Source of the DNA: Candidatus Rokuibacteriota bacterium
Lineage (GTDB): Bacteria > Methylomirabilota > Methylomirabilia > Rokubacteriales > CSP1-6
Direction: 5' to 3'
Length of the DNA: 64,000 nucleotides
Assembly: GCA_023248995.1 (NCBI GenBank)
Contig: JAHFDN010000013.1
Span: 194-64,193 of the forward strand
Position 1 is the stretch's first letter. Each line of letters starts with the position of its first letter. Below, piece after piece: positions 10,758 to 21,087 of this stretch. The notes below the pieces were generated by a model, which searched no databases, was not told where the DNA came from, and saw nothing but the letters and a program-made list of their open reading frames with translations. The translations under genes were made by a program, and so were the position numbers.

Positions 10758-11860
10758 TGCCGGGCCGGGACTACTACGCGATCCTGGGCGTCTCCCGGGA
10801 CGCCGACGAGGGCGAGCTCAAGAAGGCCTACCGTCAGCTGGCGCTTCAGTACCACCCGGACCGCAACCCCGGCGACAAGAAGGCCGAGGAGCGGTTCAAA
10901 GAGGCCAACGAGGCGTACGCCGTTCTCTCCGACTCCGACAAGCGCGCCCAGTACGACCGGTTCGGCACCGTTGCCGCGCCCGGCGGGTTCGACGCCTCCG
11001 ATATCGGCTTCGGCACCATCCTGGACGACCTCTTCGAGGGCTTCTTCGGCGGCGCCCCCAGGGGCGGACGGCGCACCCGGGCGCGACGCGGCGAGGACCT
11101 CCAGTACACGCTTGAAATCAGCCTGGAGGAGGCGGCCGGCGGGCTCGAGACCAAGGTGCAGATCCCGCGCCTCGAGGCGTGCGAGACCTGCAGGGGTTCC
11201 GGCCTCGAGCCGGGTACCCAGCCCGAGACCTGTCCCACCTGCCAGGGGCAGGGCCAGGTGCGCTTCTCCCAGGGATTCCTCACGGTGGCCCGGACGTGCC
11301 CGCACTGCGGGGGCCAGGGCGAGGTGGTCAAGCACCCCTGCAAGAAGTGCCGCGGCGAAGGGCGCCAGCGCGGGGAGCACCTGCTCAAGATCAAGATCCC
11401 GCCGGGGGTGGAGGACAGTTCTCAGCTCCGCCTCTCGGGGGAAGGGGAGGCAGGGACCCACGGCGGACCGGCCGGCGACCTCTACGTGGCCATCCGCATC
11501 CGGCCCCACCTGTTCTTCACGCGGCACGGGGACGATCTGCTCTGCGAGCTGCCTCTCACCTTCCCGCAAGCCGCACTCGGCACGGAGGTGGAGGTCCCCA
11601 CTCTCGACGGCCACGCGCCGCTCGAGGTGCCCGCCGGGACAGAGCCGGGGCAGATCCTCCGCCTCAAGGGCAAGGGGATGCCGAGCCTTCGGAAACGGGA
11701 GCGCGGGGATGCGTGCTACCAGATCGTCCTGGAAGTCCCCTCCCGGCTCACCGCCAGGGAGCGCGCGCTTCTCGAGGAATATCAGCGTGCCTCTGGGGGC
11801 AAGGCGGGCCCGCTCCTCACCTCGTTCCTCGACCGCATGAAGAAGCTCTTCGGATCCTAA
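10757..11860 (+). CDS. dnaJ: Chaperone DnaJ
   Basis: J domain with HPD; four CxxCxGxG repeats. Confidence 0.97.
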   Translation: MPGRDYYAILGVSRDADEGELKKAYRQLALQYHPDRNPGDKKAEERFKEANEAYAVLSDSDKRAQYDRFGTVAAPGGFDASDIGFGTILDDLFEGFFGGAPRGGRRTRARRGEDLQYTLEISLEEAAGGLETKVQIPRLEACETCRGSGLEPGTQPETCPTCQGQGQVRFSQGFLTVARTCPHCGGQGEVVKHPCKKCRGEGRQRGEHLLKIKIPPGVEDSSQLRLSGEGEAGTHGGPAGDLYVAIRIRPHLFFTRHGDDLLCELPLTFPQAALGTEVEVPTLDGHAPLEVPAGTEPGQILRLKGKGMPSLRKRERGDACYQIVLEVPSRLTARERALLEEYQRASGGKAGPLLTSFLDRMKKLFGS

Positions 11861-12733
11861 GTGCCGTTCTGGGAGCTCACCGTCCCGGCGTCCGCCGAGG
11901 TCTCCGAAGGCCTGACCAACTTTCTCTGGGAACAAGGCGCCCTCGGCGTCGTCGAAGAGGAGCGCCCCGGCGAGTCTGCCCGACTCCGCGCGTTTTTCCC
12001 CGAATCCACCCCCTCGACGCGGCTCGTCGAAGCAGCTCGCCGTTACGTGGACTCCCTCCGCGCTCTCGGCTTCACGGCGGACGGGAGCGACCCGCTCCTG
12101 ACGCCGCGCCTGGAGGAACCCTGGGCCGAGGCGTGGCGCCAGGCCTTCGTCCCCCAGCGGGTGGGCCGGCGCCTCCTGATCGCGCCACCCTGGGAGGTCC
12201 CCGCGCCCGAAGACGGCCGAACAACCGTCATCATCGAGCCGGGGCGCGCGTTCGGCACCGGCACCCACGGAAGCACCCAGGGATGCCTCGTCCTCCTCGA
12301 AGCGCTCCTCGCCCGGGAGGCCGTGGCGGAGGCCCTCGACGTCGGGACCGGCAGCGGGATCCTCGCCATCGCCGCGGCGGCGCTCGGCGTCGGGCGCGTG
12401 ACGGCGCTCGATACGGACCCGGATGCGGTGGCCGCGGCCCGGGCCAATGCCGCCAGGAACGGCGTGGCGGGCCGGATCGAGTGCCTGATCGCCGACCCGC
12501 GCGACTGGGCCGGGCTCGCGGCGCCGCTGATCGTCTCGAACCTCCTCGCCGGCACCCACGTGAGGCTGGCTCCCGACTATCGCCGGCTTCTGGCCCGGGG
12601 TGGCCACCTGATCCTCGGCGGACTCCTGCCCGAGGAGGCGGCCTCCATCCCGGCAGCGCTGGGGCCTCACGGCTTCACCTCCGCCGAGCACGCCGACGTG
12701 GAAGGCTGGGTCTCCCTCCTCCTCCGCGGGTAG
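11861..12733 (+). CDS. prmA: Ribosomal protein L11 methyltransferase
   Basis: IEPGRAFGTGTHGST, LDVGTGSGILAI. Confidence 0.93.
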   Translation: MPFWELTVPASAEVSEGLTNFLWEQGALGVVEEERPGESARLRAFFPESTPSTRLVEAARRYVDSLRALGFTADGSDPLLTPRLEEPWAEAWRQAFVPQRVGRRLLIAPPWEVPAPEDGRTTVIIEPGRAFGTGTHGSTQGCLVLLEALLAREAVAEALDVGTGSGILAIAAAALGVGRVTALDTDPDAVAAARANAARNGVAGRIECLIADPRDWAGLAAPLIVSNLLAGTHVRLAPDYRRLLARGGHLILGGLLPEEAASIPAALGPHGFTSAEHADVEGWVSLLLRG

Positions 12734-12736
12734 GCC

Positions 12737-13489
12737 GTGTCGAGATTCCACGTCAGGCCCGAGGCGGTAGAGGCTGACCGCGTCGTGTTCGACGCCGAGG
12801 AGGCGCACCACCTGGCCCGTGTCCTCCGCCTGGCGCCGGGGGATACCGTCCGGGTCGTAGACGGCCGGGGCATGGAGTTCACGGTCCGCCTGGAATCCAT
12901 CGAGGGGCGGAGGGCGACGGGCACGATCCTCGCCCGCGCGGCGACCCGGACCGAATCGCCGCTCGCCATCACGCTCGCCCAGGGGATCCCCAAGGGCGAG
13001 AAGATGGAGTGGATCGTGAGGACGGTGACGGAGCTGGGCGTGGTGCGCCTGGTCCCGCTCCTGACGGAGCGCACCATCGTGAGGCTCGAGCCCGGCCGCT
13101 GGCGGGAGCGTGCGCGGCGGTGGCAGCGGGTGGCCAAGGAGGCCGCCAAGCAGTGCGGGCGGGCCGTGGTCCCGAGCGTGGAGACGCCCCGCTCGATCCA
13201 GGAGCTCGCCGACTCTGGCTGGCCGGTGGACCTTGCGCTCTGCCTCTGGGAGGGCGAGCGCCGCGGTCTCTTGGAGGTCCTGGACGCCGAGAAGGGCACC
13301 GTGACATCCCTCCTCCTGGTTGTGGGTCCCGAGGGGGGCCTCGCGCGGCGCGAGGTCGAGATGCTCGAGAAACGAGGATTCAAGCTCGCCGGACTCGGCC
13401 CCCGGATCCTCAGAACCGAAACGGCGGGGCCCGCCGCCGTCGCCCTCCTCCAGGCGCGCTTCGGGGACCTGGGAGCTCCGCGCCCGTGA
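12737..13489 (+). CDS. rsmE: 16S rRNA m3U1498 methyltransferase
   Basis: HHLARVLR, TELGV, EAAKQCGR, VGPEGG, LGPRILRTETA. Confidence 0.93.
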   Translation: MSRFHVRPEAVEADRVVFDAEEAHHLARVLRLAPGDTVRVVDGRGMEFTVRLESIEGRRATGTILARAATRTESPLAITLAQGIPKGEKMEWIVRTVTELGVVRLVPLLTERTIVRLEPGRWRERARRWQRVAKEAAKQCGRAVVPSVETPRSIQELADSGWPVDLALCLWEGERRGLLEVLDAEKGTVTSLLLVVGPEGGLARREVEMLEKRGFKLAGLGPRILRTETAGPAAVALLQARFGDLGAPRP

Positions 13490-13911
13490 CCGCCGCGGCG
13501 GGCTACGACTACTTCGACGTGGTCGCCGACGTCGGCGTCGTGGCGTGGGCGCCCACGCTGGCCGAGGCCTTCGCCCAGGCGGGCCTCGGCGTCTTCGCCC
13601 TGATCGTGGACCCGCGGGGCGTCGAGCCGCGCGAGTCGCGGGAGGTGCGCGCTCAGGGGGAGAGTCGCGAGGGGCTCCTCGTGCACTGGCTCAACGAGTG
13701 CCTGTACCTCCACGACATCGAGGGATTCGTGGTGAACCGGATCGAGTTCGCCGTCTTCGAGGAGGGGCGGGTTCACTCCCTCCTCTGGGGGGAAGGGCTT
13801 GAGCCGGGGCGGCACCGGGTGGGCACGCTCGTCAAGGCCGCGACCTTCCACCAGCTCCTGATCACGGAGAGCCCTGGGCGGTGGGAGATCCGAGTCATCC
13901 TGGACATCTGA
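13486..13911 (+). CDS. Archease family protein
   Basis: YDYFDVVAD, LVHWLNECLY, VKAATFH, C-terminal VILDI; GTGA overlap with rsmE stop. Confidence 0.85.
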   Translation: MTAAAGYDYFDVVADVGVVAWAPTLAEAFAQAGLGVFALIVDPRGVEPRESREVRAQGESREGLLVHWLNECLYLHDIEGFVVNRIEFAVFEEGRVHSLLWGEGLEPGRHRVGTLVKAATFHQLLITESPGRWEIRVILDI

Positions 13912-14009
13912 GCTGTTGCAAAGATGTGACACCCGCCGGGATTTGCCGTGTCTTCCAGGTAACGCGGCGACCGCCTGGCCGGTCTGTCAAGACACGAAGC
14001 TAACTGGAA

Positions 14010-14022
14010 AATCAAGTGCTTA
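14010..14022 (+). promoter_or_regulatory. IHF binding site
   Basis: AATCAAGTGCTTA matches WATCAANNNNTTR, in an AT-rich patch just upstream of a sigma-54 site. Confidence 0.7.
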
Positions 14023-14039
14023 GAAAGGCCGCTGGGCTG

Positions 14040-14055
14040 TGGCACCGAGGTTGCT
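14040..14055 (+). promoter_or_regulatory. Sigma-54 (-24/-12) promoter of lpxC
   Basis: TGGCAC-CGAGG-TTGCT matches the TGGCAC-N5-TTGC consensus. Confidence 0.8.
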
Positions 14056-14074
14056 ACAAAAACGACGGTCTCCT

Positions 14075-14986
14075 ATGGATTTCCAAGGGACGATCCGGAA
14101 GTCGGTGACAGCCGAAGGAGTGGGGCTCCACTCGGGCCGGCCGTCGAGGATCACCCTCTCCCCCGCCCCGGCCGATAGCGGCATCGTCTTTCGCGCGACG
14201 GACCCCCATCGGACGCTGATCCCCGCACGCCAAGAGACGGTGGTGGACTCGAGCTTCGCCACCACGATCGGCGTCAACGGCGCCCGCGTCCGGACCGTCG
14301 AGCACCTCATGGCAGCCGCGGCGGCACTCGGGATCGACAACCTCCTCGTCGAGGTCGAGGGGGAGGAGATCCCCGCCATGGACGGCAGCGCTCGACCGTT
14401 CGTCTCGCTGCTCTACGCGGCCGGCAAGGCGACGCTCGGGGTCCCGCGGCACCCCCTGGTGATCACCGACCCGATCCGCGTGGGCGATGACGCGCGCTGG
14501 CTCCAGATCCTCCCGGCCGATGAATTCAGGGTCAGTTACACCCTGGACGTGAACCATCCGGCGGTCGGCATCCAGGCGCTCTCGTTCACCTGCACGGAGC
14601 GGGTCTTCGTGGATGAGCTGGCCTCGGCCCGGACGTACGGCTTTCTCAAGGACGTCGGGACCCTCAGGAGGAACGGCCTCGCCAAGGGCGGTTCCCTGGA
14701 CAACGCCGTGGTGGTGGGGCGCCGCGCGGTCTTGAACTCAAGCCTCCGCTACCGCGACGAATTCGTCCGTCACAAGATCCTGGACCTGATCGGCGACCTG
14801 GCGCTCCTGGGACGCCCGGTGCTGGGACACATCGTGGCCCGGAACGCCGGCCATGCGCTCAACCATGAGCTCGTCGCCGCCATCTCGGAGTTCTTCTCCG
14901 ACAACGGCCACGCGGGCGTGACCGCGCGGCCCGCCCTGTCGCACCGCGCGACCCCCGTGCCGCTGCCGGGCATCGCCGCGCTGTAA
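14075..14986 (+). CDS. lpxC: UDP-3-O-acyl-N-acetylglucosamine deacetylase
   Basis: GVGLHSG, TVEHLMAA, ARTYGF, GGSLDNA, EFVRHKILDLIGD, GHALN. Confidence 0.96.
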   Translation: MDFQGTIRKSVTAEGVGLHSGRPSRITLSPAPADSGIVFRATDPHRTLIPARQETVVDSSFATTIGVNGARVRTVEHLMAAAAALGIDNLLVEVEGEEIPAMDGSARPFVSLLYAAGKATLGVPRHPLVITDPIRVGDDARWLQILPADEFRVSYTLDVNHPAVGIQALSFTCTERVFVDELASARTYGFLKDVGTLRRNGLAKGGSLDNAVVVGRRAVLNSSLRYRDEFVRHKILDLIGDLALLGRPVLGHIVARNAGHALNHELVAAISEFFSDNGHAGVTARPALSHRATPVPLPGIAAL

Positions 14987-15040
14987 CAGAAGACTTCTTC
15001 CACCCCTCCGCTGCCGGCGCTATAATGTCCTGTCCAACGT

Positions 15041-15670
15041 ATGCGTGCGCCTGCGCGACGGGTTTCGGCGCCCTCGGGAGCGTGGCTCGGCGGCCGTTTC
15101 GCCCTGCCCCGATGGTCGCTCGCCTGGACCCTGGCCCTCGCGGCTTCGCTCGCCACCGCTCCCGCGGGCGCGGAGCTCCGGTTCAGCGACCGTCCCGAGA
15201 TCTTCCTCAACGACTTCGACCTCACCGTGCAGGTGGTGCTGCTGGGCGCGCTCCCGCCGTCGTTCCAGGAGAGCCTGCAGAGCGGAGTCCCCACCCACAT
15301 CCGCTTCTACGTCGAGCTCTGGCAGCACAGCCGGTTCTGGTTCAACCGGCCCCTCCAGGCCCGGCTCGTGGAGCGCCAGCTGACCTACAACGTGGTCACG
15401 AAGGAGTACAAGGTGGCTTCCGTCGCGGGCGAGGAGCACGAGCCGTACGTCACGAAAGATCTCAGAGAAGCCCAGCGCGTGGCGTCGGAGCTCCGGGGGT
15501 TCAAGCTCGGACCGGTCTCGGGCCTGGATCCCCGCGAGCTCTACTTCGTGCGGGTGCGCGCCGATGTCTCCCTGAACGGGGTGAACTCCTTCCTCGCCCG
15601 CCTGACGGGGGACGCGGAGGAGACGCCGTGGCTCCCATCCACCTTGCTGACCCCGACACGGACTCAATGA
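15041..15670 (+). CDS. Exported protein, DUF4390-like
   Basis: Signal-peptide-like N-terminus; SGVP..FYVEL..R.W, LTYNVVTKEY; located before ntrY; TATAAT at 15021. Confidence 0.7.
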   Translation: MRAPARRVSAPSGAWLGGRFALPRWSLAWTLALAASLATAPAGAELRFSDRPEIFLNDFDLTVQVVLLGALPPSFQESLQSGVPTHIRFYVELWQHSRFWFNRPLQARLVERQLTYNVVTKEYKVASVAGEEHEPYVTKDLREAQRVASELRGFKLGPVSGLDPRELYFVRVRADVSLNGVNSFLARLTGDAEETPWLPSTLLTPTRTQ

Positions 15671-15686
15671 TGCCTGGAGAGAGGCC

Positions 15687-17876
15687 GTGCCGCTGACGGG
15701 CGACCACCAGCGTCGCAAGCGGAACCTGCTGATCATCGGCGGGCTCCTCGTGCTGCTGACGGCCAGCATGGTGACCGTGTACGAGGTAGGCCTCCGGTCT
15801 CCCCGGATCCCGGTCGCCTCCAACCTCCTGGTCTTCGCCCTCTTCAACCTCACCCTGATCGTCTTCCTCCTGCTGCTGGTGCTCCTCTTCCGGAACTTCG
15901 TCAAGCTCCTCTTCGAGCGGCGGCAGAAGGTGTTGGGCTCGCGGTTCAAAACCAAGCTGGTCGCGGCGTTTCTCTCGCTGTCCCTGATCCCCGCCCTGCT
16001 CATCTCGATCATCGCGTCGAACCTCCTCAACACTTCCATCGAGGGCTGGTTCAAGCCCCAGGTGGAGAGCCCCCTGGACCAGGCCCTGGAGGTCGCGCAG
16101 ACGTACTACCAGACGCTGGAGGCCACGGTCCTCCGTCATGGACGCCAACTCGCCCGGGTGATCGGGCGCGACCAGCTCCTCGCCGACGACCGGCGCGAGG
16201 CGCTGGCGGCCTATCTGGTGGAGCAGCAAGAGGCCCTGGGACTGGCCGCCATCTCGGTCTTCACCCCGAAAGGGCAGGAGCTGGTCCACGTCAAGGATCC
16301 GGTGCTCGCCGCCGTCGCCACACGCGACGTGAATACCGACCAGGTCAGGCGCGGGCTGGGAGGCCAGGAGCTCACGACGGTGCGAGAGCTCGACAACGGC
16401 GACCTGATCCAGGCGGTCGTCCCCATCCGCTCCGACGGGAGCGACGCCCAGATCCTGGGCACGCTGGTCGTCGCCACGCACGTGGCCCAGCGGCTCGAGG
16501 CCCGGATCCGCGGCATCTCCCAGGCGTTTCAGGAATACAAGCAGCTCAAGCTCCTCAAAAACCCGATCAAGGGCATCTACATCCTGCTCTTCCTCTTGAC
16601 GACCCTGATCATCGTCTTCTCGTTCACGTGGTTCGGCCTGTACATGGCCCGGGGCATCACGGTGCCGATCCAGCTCCTAGCCGAGGGAACCCGCGAGGTG
16701 GCGGCGGGAAACCTCACCTACAAGGTGCGGGCCCAGGCGGACGACGAGATCGGCATCCTCGTGGATTCCTTCAACCGGATGACCAGCGATCTCCAGGCCA
16801 AGCACAACGAGGTGGAAGAGCGGCGGCGGTACACCGAGACCGTGCTCCAGGCGGTGGCGACCGGCGTTGTGAGCCTCGATCCTGGCGGTCGCCTCACCAC
16901 GATGAACGCCAGCGCGGCCCGGATGCTGGGACTGCCGGGCGGGTCCGTCGTGGGCCAGTCGTTCCGCCAGCTCTTCCCGGGAGCGCCATTCGGCGAGGTG
17001 AGCGCGCTGATCCAGCGGATGGACCGCCTCCGCGAGGGGACGCTGGAGCGCGAAATCCACCTGCACCGCGATGGTCACGCGGTGACACTCCTGGGCTCGT
17101 CCACGGCGCTCCGCGGGCCGGACGGCGAGTACGCGGGCATGGTGCTCGTCTTCGACGACCTCACCGAGCTCCTGAAAGCCCAGCGCCTGGCGGCGTGGCG
17201 CGAAGTCGCCCAGCGCATCGCCCACGAGATCAAGAACCCGCTGACTCCCATCCAGCTCTCCGCCCAGCGGCTCAGGCGGCGCCTGGCGGACCGGGGCCCG
17301 GATGACCGCCGGCTCCTGGAGGAGTGCACGGGGACCATCATCCAGGAGGTGGACGGCCTGAAGCACCTGGTGGACGAGTTTTCCCGCTTCGCCCGGATGC
17401 CCGCGCTCCAGCCGAAGCCCACGGAGCTCAACCGCCTCCTCGAGGGCGTGGCGGCCCTCTACCGGGAATCGCATCCCGCCCTCGCGCTCAAGACCATCTT
17501 CCAGCCCGATCTGCCCACGCTCGAGGTGGATCCGGATCAGATCAAGCGCGCGGTCCTCAACCTGGTGGACAACGCCGTCGAGGCCGTCGGCGGGGCCGGC
17601 GAAGTCACGGTCGGCACCGCGTTCCTTCCGGAGACGAAGCGGGTCCAGGTCCAGGTCGGCGACAACGGGGTCGGCATTCCGCCGGAGGACAAGGACAAGC
17701 TGTTCCTGCCATACTTCTCCACCAAGAGCTCGGGGACCGGGCTCGGGCTCGCCATCGTCCACCAGATCATCACCGATCACGGGGGCCGGATCTGGGTGGA
17801 GGACAACGCCCCGAAAGGGAGCCGGTTCGTGATCGAGTTGCCGGTGGATCGACCGCCGGCCCGCGCGGAGGCGTAA
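15687..17876 (+). CDS. ntrY: NtrY-like sensor histidine kinase (TM-HAMP-PAS-HisKA-HATPase)
   Basis: AAWREVAQRIAHEIKNPLTPIQLSAQRL, LVDEFSRFARMP, GTGLGLAIV. Confidence 0.9.
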   Translation: MPLTGDHQRRKRNLLIIGGLLVLLTASMVTVYEVGLRSPRIPVASNLLVFALFNLTLIVFLLLLVLLFRNFVKLLFERRQKVLGSRFKTKLVAAFLSLSLIPALLISIIASNLLNTSIEGWFKPQVESPLDQALEVAQTYYQTLEATVLRHGRQLARVIGRDQLLADDRREALAAYLVEQQEALGLAAISVFTPKGQELVHVKDPVLAAVATRDVNTDQVRRGLGGQELTTVRELDNGDLIQAVVPIRSDGSDAQILGTLVVATHVAQRLEARIRGISQAFQEYKQLKLLKNPIKGIYILLFLLTTLIIVFSFTWFGLYMARGITVPIQLLAEGTREVAAGNLTYKVRAQADDEIGILVDSFNRMTSDLQAKHNEVEERRRYTETVLQAVATGVVSLDPGGRLTTMNASAARMLGLPGGSVVGQSFRQLFPGAPFGEVSALIQRMDRLREGTLEREIHLHRDGHAVTLLGSSTALRGPDGEYAGMVLVFDDLTELLKAQRLAAWREVAQRIAHEIKNPLTPIQLSAQRLRRRLADRGPDDRRLLEECTGTIIQEVDGLKHLVDEFSRFARMPALQPKPTELNRLLEGVAALYRESHPALALKTIFQPDLPTLEVDPDQIKRAVLNLVDNAVEAVGGAGEVTVGTAFLPETKRVQVQVGDNGVGIPPEDKDKLFLPYFSTKSSGTGLGLAIVHQIITDHGGRIWVEDNAPKGSRFVIELPVDRPPARAEA

Positions 17877-19238
17877 GTGGCCGGTGAGAGCATCCTGATC
17901 GTGGACGACGAGCAGGCGATCCAGACCTCGCTGCGGGGCGTGCTGGAGGACGAGGGATTCCGCGTCAGCACCGTCGGGAGCGGGGGCCAGGCCCTGGCCC
18001 GGATCGGGGAAGAGCCGCCCGACCTCGTCCTGCTCGACATCTGGATGCCGGGCATGGACGGCCTGGAAGCCCTCGGCGAGATCAAGCGGGCCCGTCCCGA
18101 GCAGGCCGTCGTGATGATCTCGGGCCACGGGACCATCGAGACCGCCGTGAAAGCCACCAAGCTGGGCGCCTACGACTTCATCGAGAAGCCCCTGTCGCTG
18201 GAGAAGACGCTCCTGGCCGTGGCGCGCGCCCTCGAGCACTCGCGGCTCGAGCGGGAAAACCGGGCGCTCAGGGAGCAGCTCGAACGCGGGCAGGAGATCG
18301 TCGGCGAGAGCGCGGCGATTCAGGAACTGCGTCGCCAGATCGCCATCGCCGCTCCCACGAGCGGGCGCGTGCTGATCCACGGCGAGAACGGCTCCGGCAA
18401 GGAGCTGGTCGCCCGGGCCATCCACGCCCTGTCGGCGCGCCGGGAGGGTCCCTTCATCGAGGTCAACTGCGCGGCCATCCCGGAGGAGCTGATCGAGTCC
18501 GAGCTCTTCGGCCACGAAAAGGGCGCCTTTACGGGAGCCGTCAGCCGCCGCAAGGGCAAGTTCGAGCTGGCCGACCGCGGCACGCTCTTCCTGGACGAGG
18601 TCGGCGACATGAGCCTCAAAACGCAGGCCAAGGTGCTCCGGGTGCTGGAGGAGCAGGCCTTCGAGCGTGTCGGAGGAACGGAGCCGATCAAGACCGACGT
18701 CCGGGTGATCGCCGCGTCCAACCAGGACCTCGCCGACCTGATCGCCGGCGGACGCTTCCGGGACGACCTCTTCTACCGGCTCAACGTCATCCCCATCGAC
18801 GTGCCCCCGCTCCGGCAGCGGAAGGAGGACATCCCGCTCCTCGTCGAGCACTTCGTCCGCGTCTTCGCGCTGGAGAACGGAAAGCGCGCCAAGACCGTGT
18901 CCGTCGAGGCGCTGGCCTACTTTCTGTCCTACGACTGGCCCGGGAACGTCCGCGAGCTGCGGAACATGGTGGAGCGGCTCGTCATCATGTCCCCACGGGA
19001 CGTGATCGGCCCCGACGACCTCCCGCCCCCCCTCCGGCCGAGGGAGGCCGCGACCCCCACGGATCAGATCAAGGAAAAGAGCCTCAAGGAGGCGCGCGAG
19101 GCTTTCGAGCGGGCCTACATCCTGACCGAACTCCGCGCCCAGGATTGGAACATGACGCGCACCTCCGAGCGGCTCGGGATCGAGCGCACCCACCTCTACA
19201 GAAAGCTCAAGGCCTACGGCATCACGCCGCCCAAATGA
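17877..19238 (+). CDS. ntrX: NtrX-like sigma-54-dependent response regulator (REC-AAA+-HTH)
   Basis: LLDIWMPG, GENGSGKE, ESELFGHEKGAFTGA, WPGNVRELRN, C-terminal HTH. Confidence 0.9.
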   Translation: MAGESILIVDDEQAIQTSLRGVLEDEGFRVSTVGSGGQALARIGEEPPDLVLLDIWMPGMDGLEALGEIKRARPEQAVVMISGHGTIETAVKATKLGAYDFIEKPLSLEKTLLAVARALEHSRLERENRALREQLERGQEIVGESAAIQELRRQIAIAAPTSGRVLIHGENGSGKELVARAIHALSARREGPFIEVNCAAIPEELIESELFGHEKGAFTGAVSRRKGKFELADRGTLFLDEVGDMSLKTQAKVLRVLEEQAFERVGGTEPIKTDVRVIAASNQDLADLIAGGRFRDDLFYRLNVIPIDVPPLRQRKEDIPLLVEHFVRVFALENGKRAKTVSVEALAYFLSYDWPGNVRELRNMVERLVIMSPRDVIGPDDLPPPLRPREAATPTDQIKEKSLKEAREAFERAYILTELRAQDWNMTRTSERLGIERTHLYRKLKAYGITPPK

Positions 19239-19291
19239 GCGGCCCCCCCATCTCTTCTCCTCCCTTCACGCAAAGCGCGGGGGAATTCTCC

Positions 19292-19321
19292 TTGACGCTC
19301 TCCCCCCGCAAGAGGTATCCT
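19292..19321 (+). promoter_or_regulatory. Sigma-70-type promoter of the pyr operon
   Basis: TTGACG-18 bp-TATCCT directly upstream of the PyrR leader. Confidence 0.6.
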
Positions 19322-19330
19322 GGAGGACGG

Positions 19331-19987
<657 letters not shown>

Positions 19988-19991
19988 GGCG

Positions 19992-20921
19992 ATGGGCTGG
20001 ACCCGCAAGGACCTCCTGACCATGCAGGAACTGGAGCCCGCGGAGATCGGGTCGATCCTGGATACCGCGGCCTCCATGAAGGAGATCGCGGCCCGCGAGA
20101 TCAAGAAGGTCCCGACCCTCCGGGGCCGCACCGTGGTGAACCTGTTCTACGAGCCCTCCACACGCACGCGGACTTCCTTCGAGATCGCGGGGAAGTGGCT
20201 CTCGGCCGACGTCGTCAACTGGAGCGCGCCGGGCTCCAGCGCGGCCAAGGGGGAGAGCCTCCTGGACACGGCCAGGAACATCGCCGCGATGAGCCCGGAC
20301 GTGGTCGTGGTCCGTCACGGGGCGGCGGGGGCGGCGGCCCTTCTCGCGAAGGCGCTCCGCTGCGCGGTGGTCAACGCGGGGGACGGCGCCCACGAGCATC
20401 CGACGCAGGCCCTCTTGGATCTCCTCACGATCCGCGAGAAGAAGGGGCACCTGGAGGGGCTGTCCGTGGCCATCGTCGGGGACATCGCCCGGAGCCGCGT
20501 CGCCCGATCGAACATCCACGGCATGAGGAAGCTCGGGATGACGGTCACGGTGGCGGGGCCGCCGACGTTGATCCCGCCCTTCGTCCAGGAGCTGGGCGTC
20601 AAGGTGAGCCACCGGCTCGAAGAGGCCATCGCCAACGTGGACGTGATCATGATGCTTCGCCTCCAGCAGGAGCGCATGATGGGAGCGCTGATCCCCTCGC
20701 TCCGCGAGTACGCGCGCTACTGGGGGCTCACGCCGACGAGCCTGGGGGCGGCCCGGCAGGACGTGCTCATCATGCATCCGGGCCCCGTGAACCGGGGGAT
20801 CGAGATCGCGCCCGAGGTGGCCGACGGCCCGTACTCGGTCATCCTGGACCAGGTGGCCAACGGTGTGGCCGTCCGGATGGCCGTCCTCTTCCTCCTTGCC
20901 GGCGGAAAGGCCCAGCCATGA
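19992..20921 (+). CDS. pyrB: Aspartate carbamoyltransferase
   Basis: FYEPSTRTRTSF, NAGDGAHEHPTQ, HPGPVNRG. Confidence 0.96.
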   Translation: MGWTRKDLLTMQELEPAEIGSILDTAASMKEIAAREIKKVPTLRGRTVVNLFYEPSTRTRTSFEIAGKWLSADVVNWSAPGSSAAKGESLLDTARNIAAMSPDVVVVRHGAAGAAALLAKALRCAVVNAGDGAHEHPTQALLDLLTIREKKGHLEGLSVAIVGDIARSRVARSNIHGMRKLGMTVTVAGPPTLIPPFVQELGVKVSHRLEEAIANVDVIMMLRLQQERMMGALIPSLREYARYWGLTPTSLGAARQDVLIMHPGPVNRGIEIAPEVADGPYSVILDQVANGVAVRMAVLFLLAGGKAQP

Positions 20922-20969
20922 AACACCCTGTGTCCAGTGGCGCGAGCTTCAGTGCTCGGCCCGGTACTT

Positions 20970-21080
20970 GTTCGAGCGCCGGCTTTGCCGGCGCAATCTG
21001 CGGGGGGAGGAATCGGAAGGGGCGGGGACCCGGGCATCCACGCCGCAGGCGTGGGGGGGCCTGGGTGGCCCCCCTCCGAG
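20970..21080 (+). repeat. Nested-hairpin repeat, long copy A (pyrB/pyrC junction)
   Basis: About 90% identical by eye to the reverse complement of 50060-50170; stems GCGCCGGC-ttt-GCCGGCGC, CCACGCC-gca-GGCGTGG, outer TCGGAAGGGG...CCCCTCCGA. Confidence 0.9.
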
Positions 21081-21087
21081 CGTAGGT

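Noticed and set aside
13948..13995. GTGTCTT...AAGACAC inverted repeat with inner CCAGG/CCTGG upstream of lpxC, as a riboswitch or terminator
   Set aside because: No U-tract, no known aptamer motif, and it lies upstream of the predicted sigma-54 start; it could still be an activator site but this is unsupported.
20863..21087. ORF-track N-terminal extension of pyrC, and of livM (50055-50192)
   Set aside because: These are read-through of the stop-poor repeat element; family homology begins at ATG 21088 and ATG 50054.
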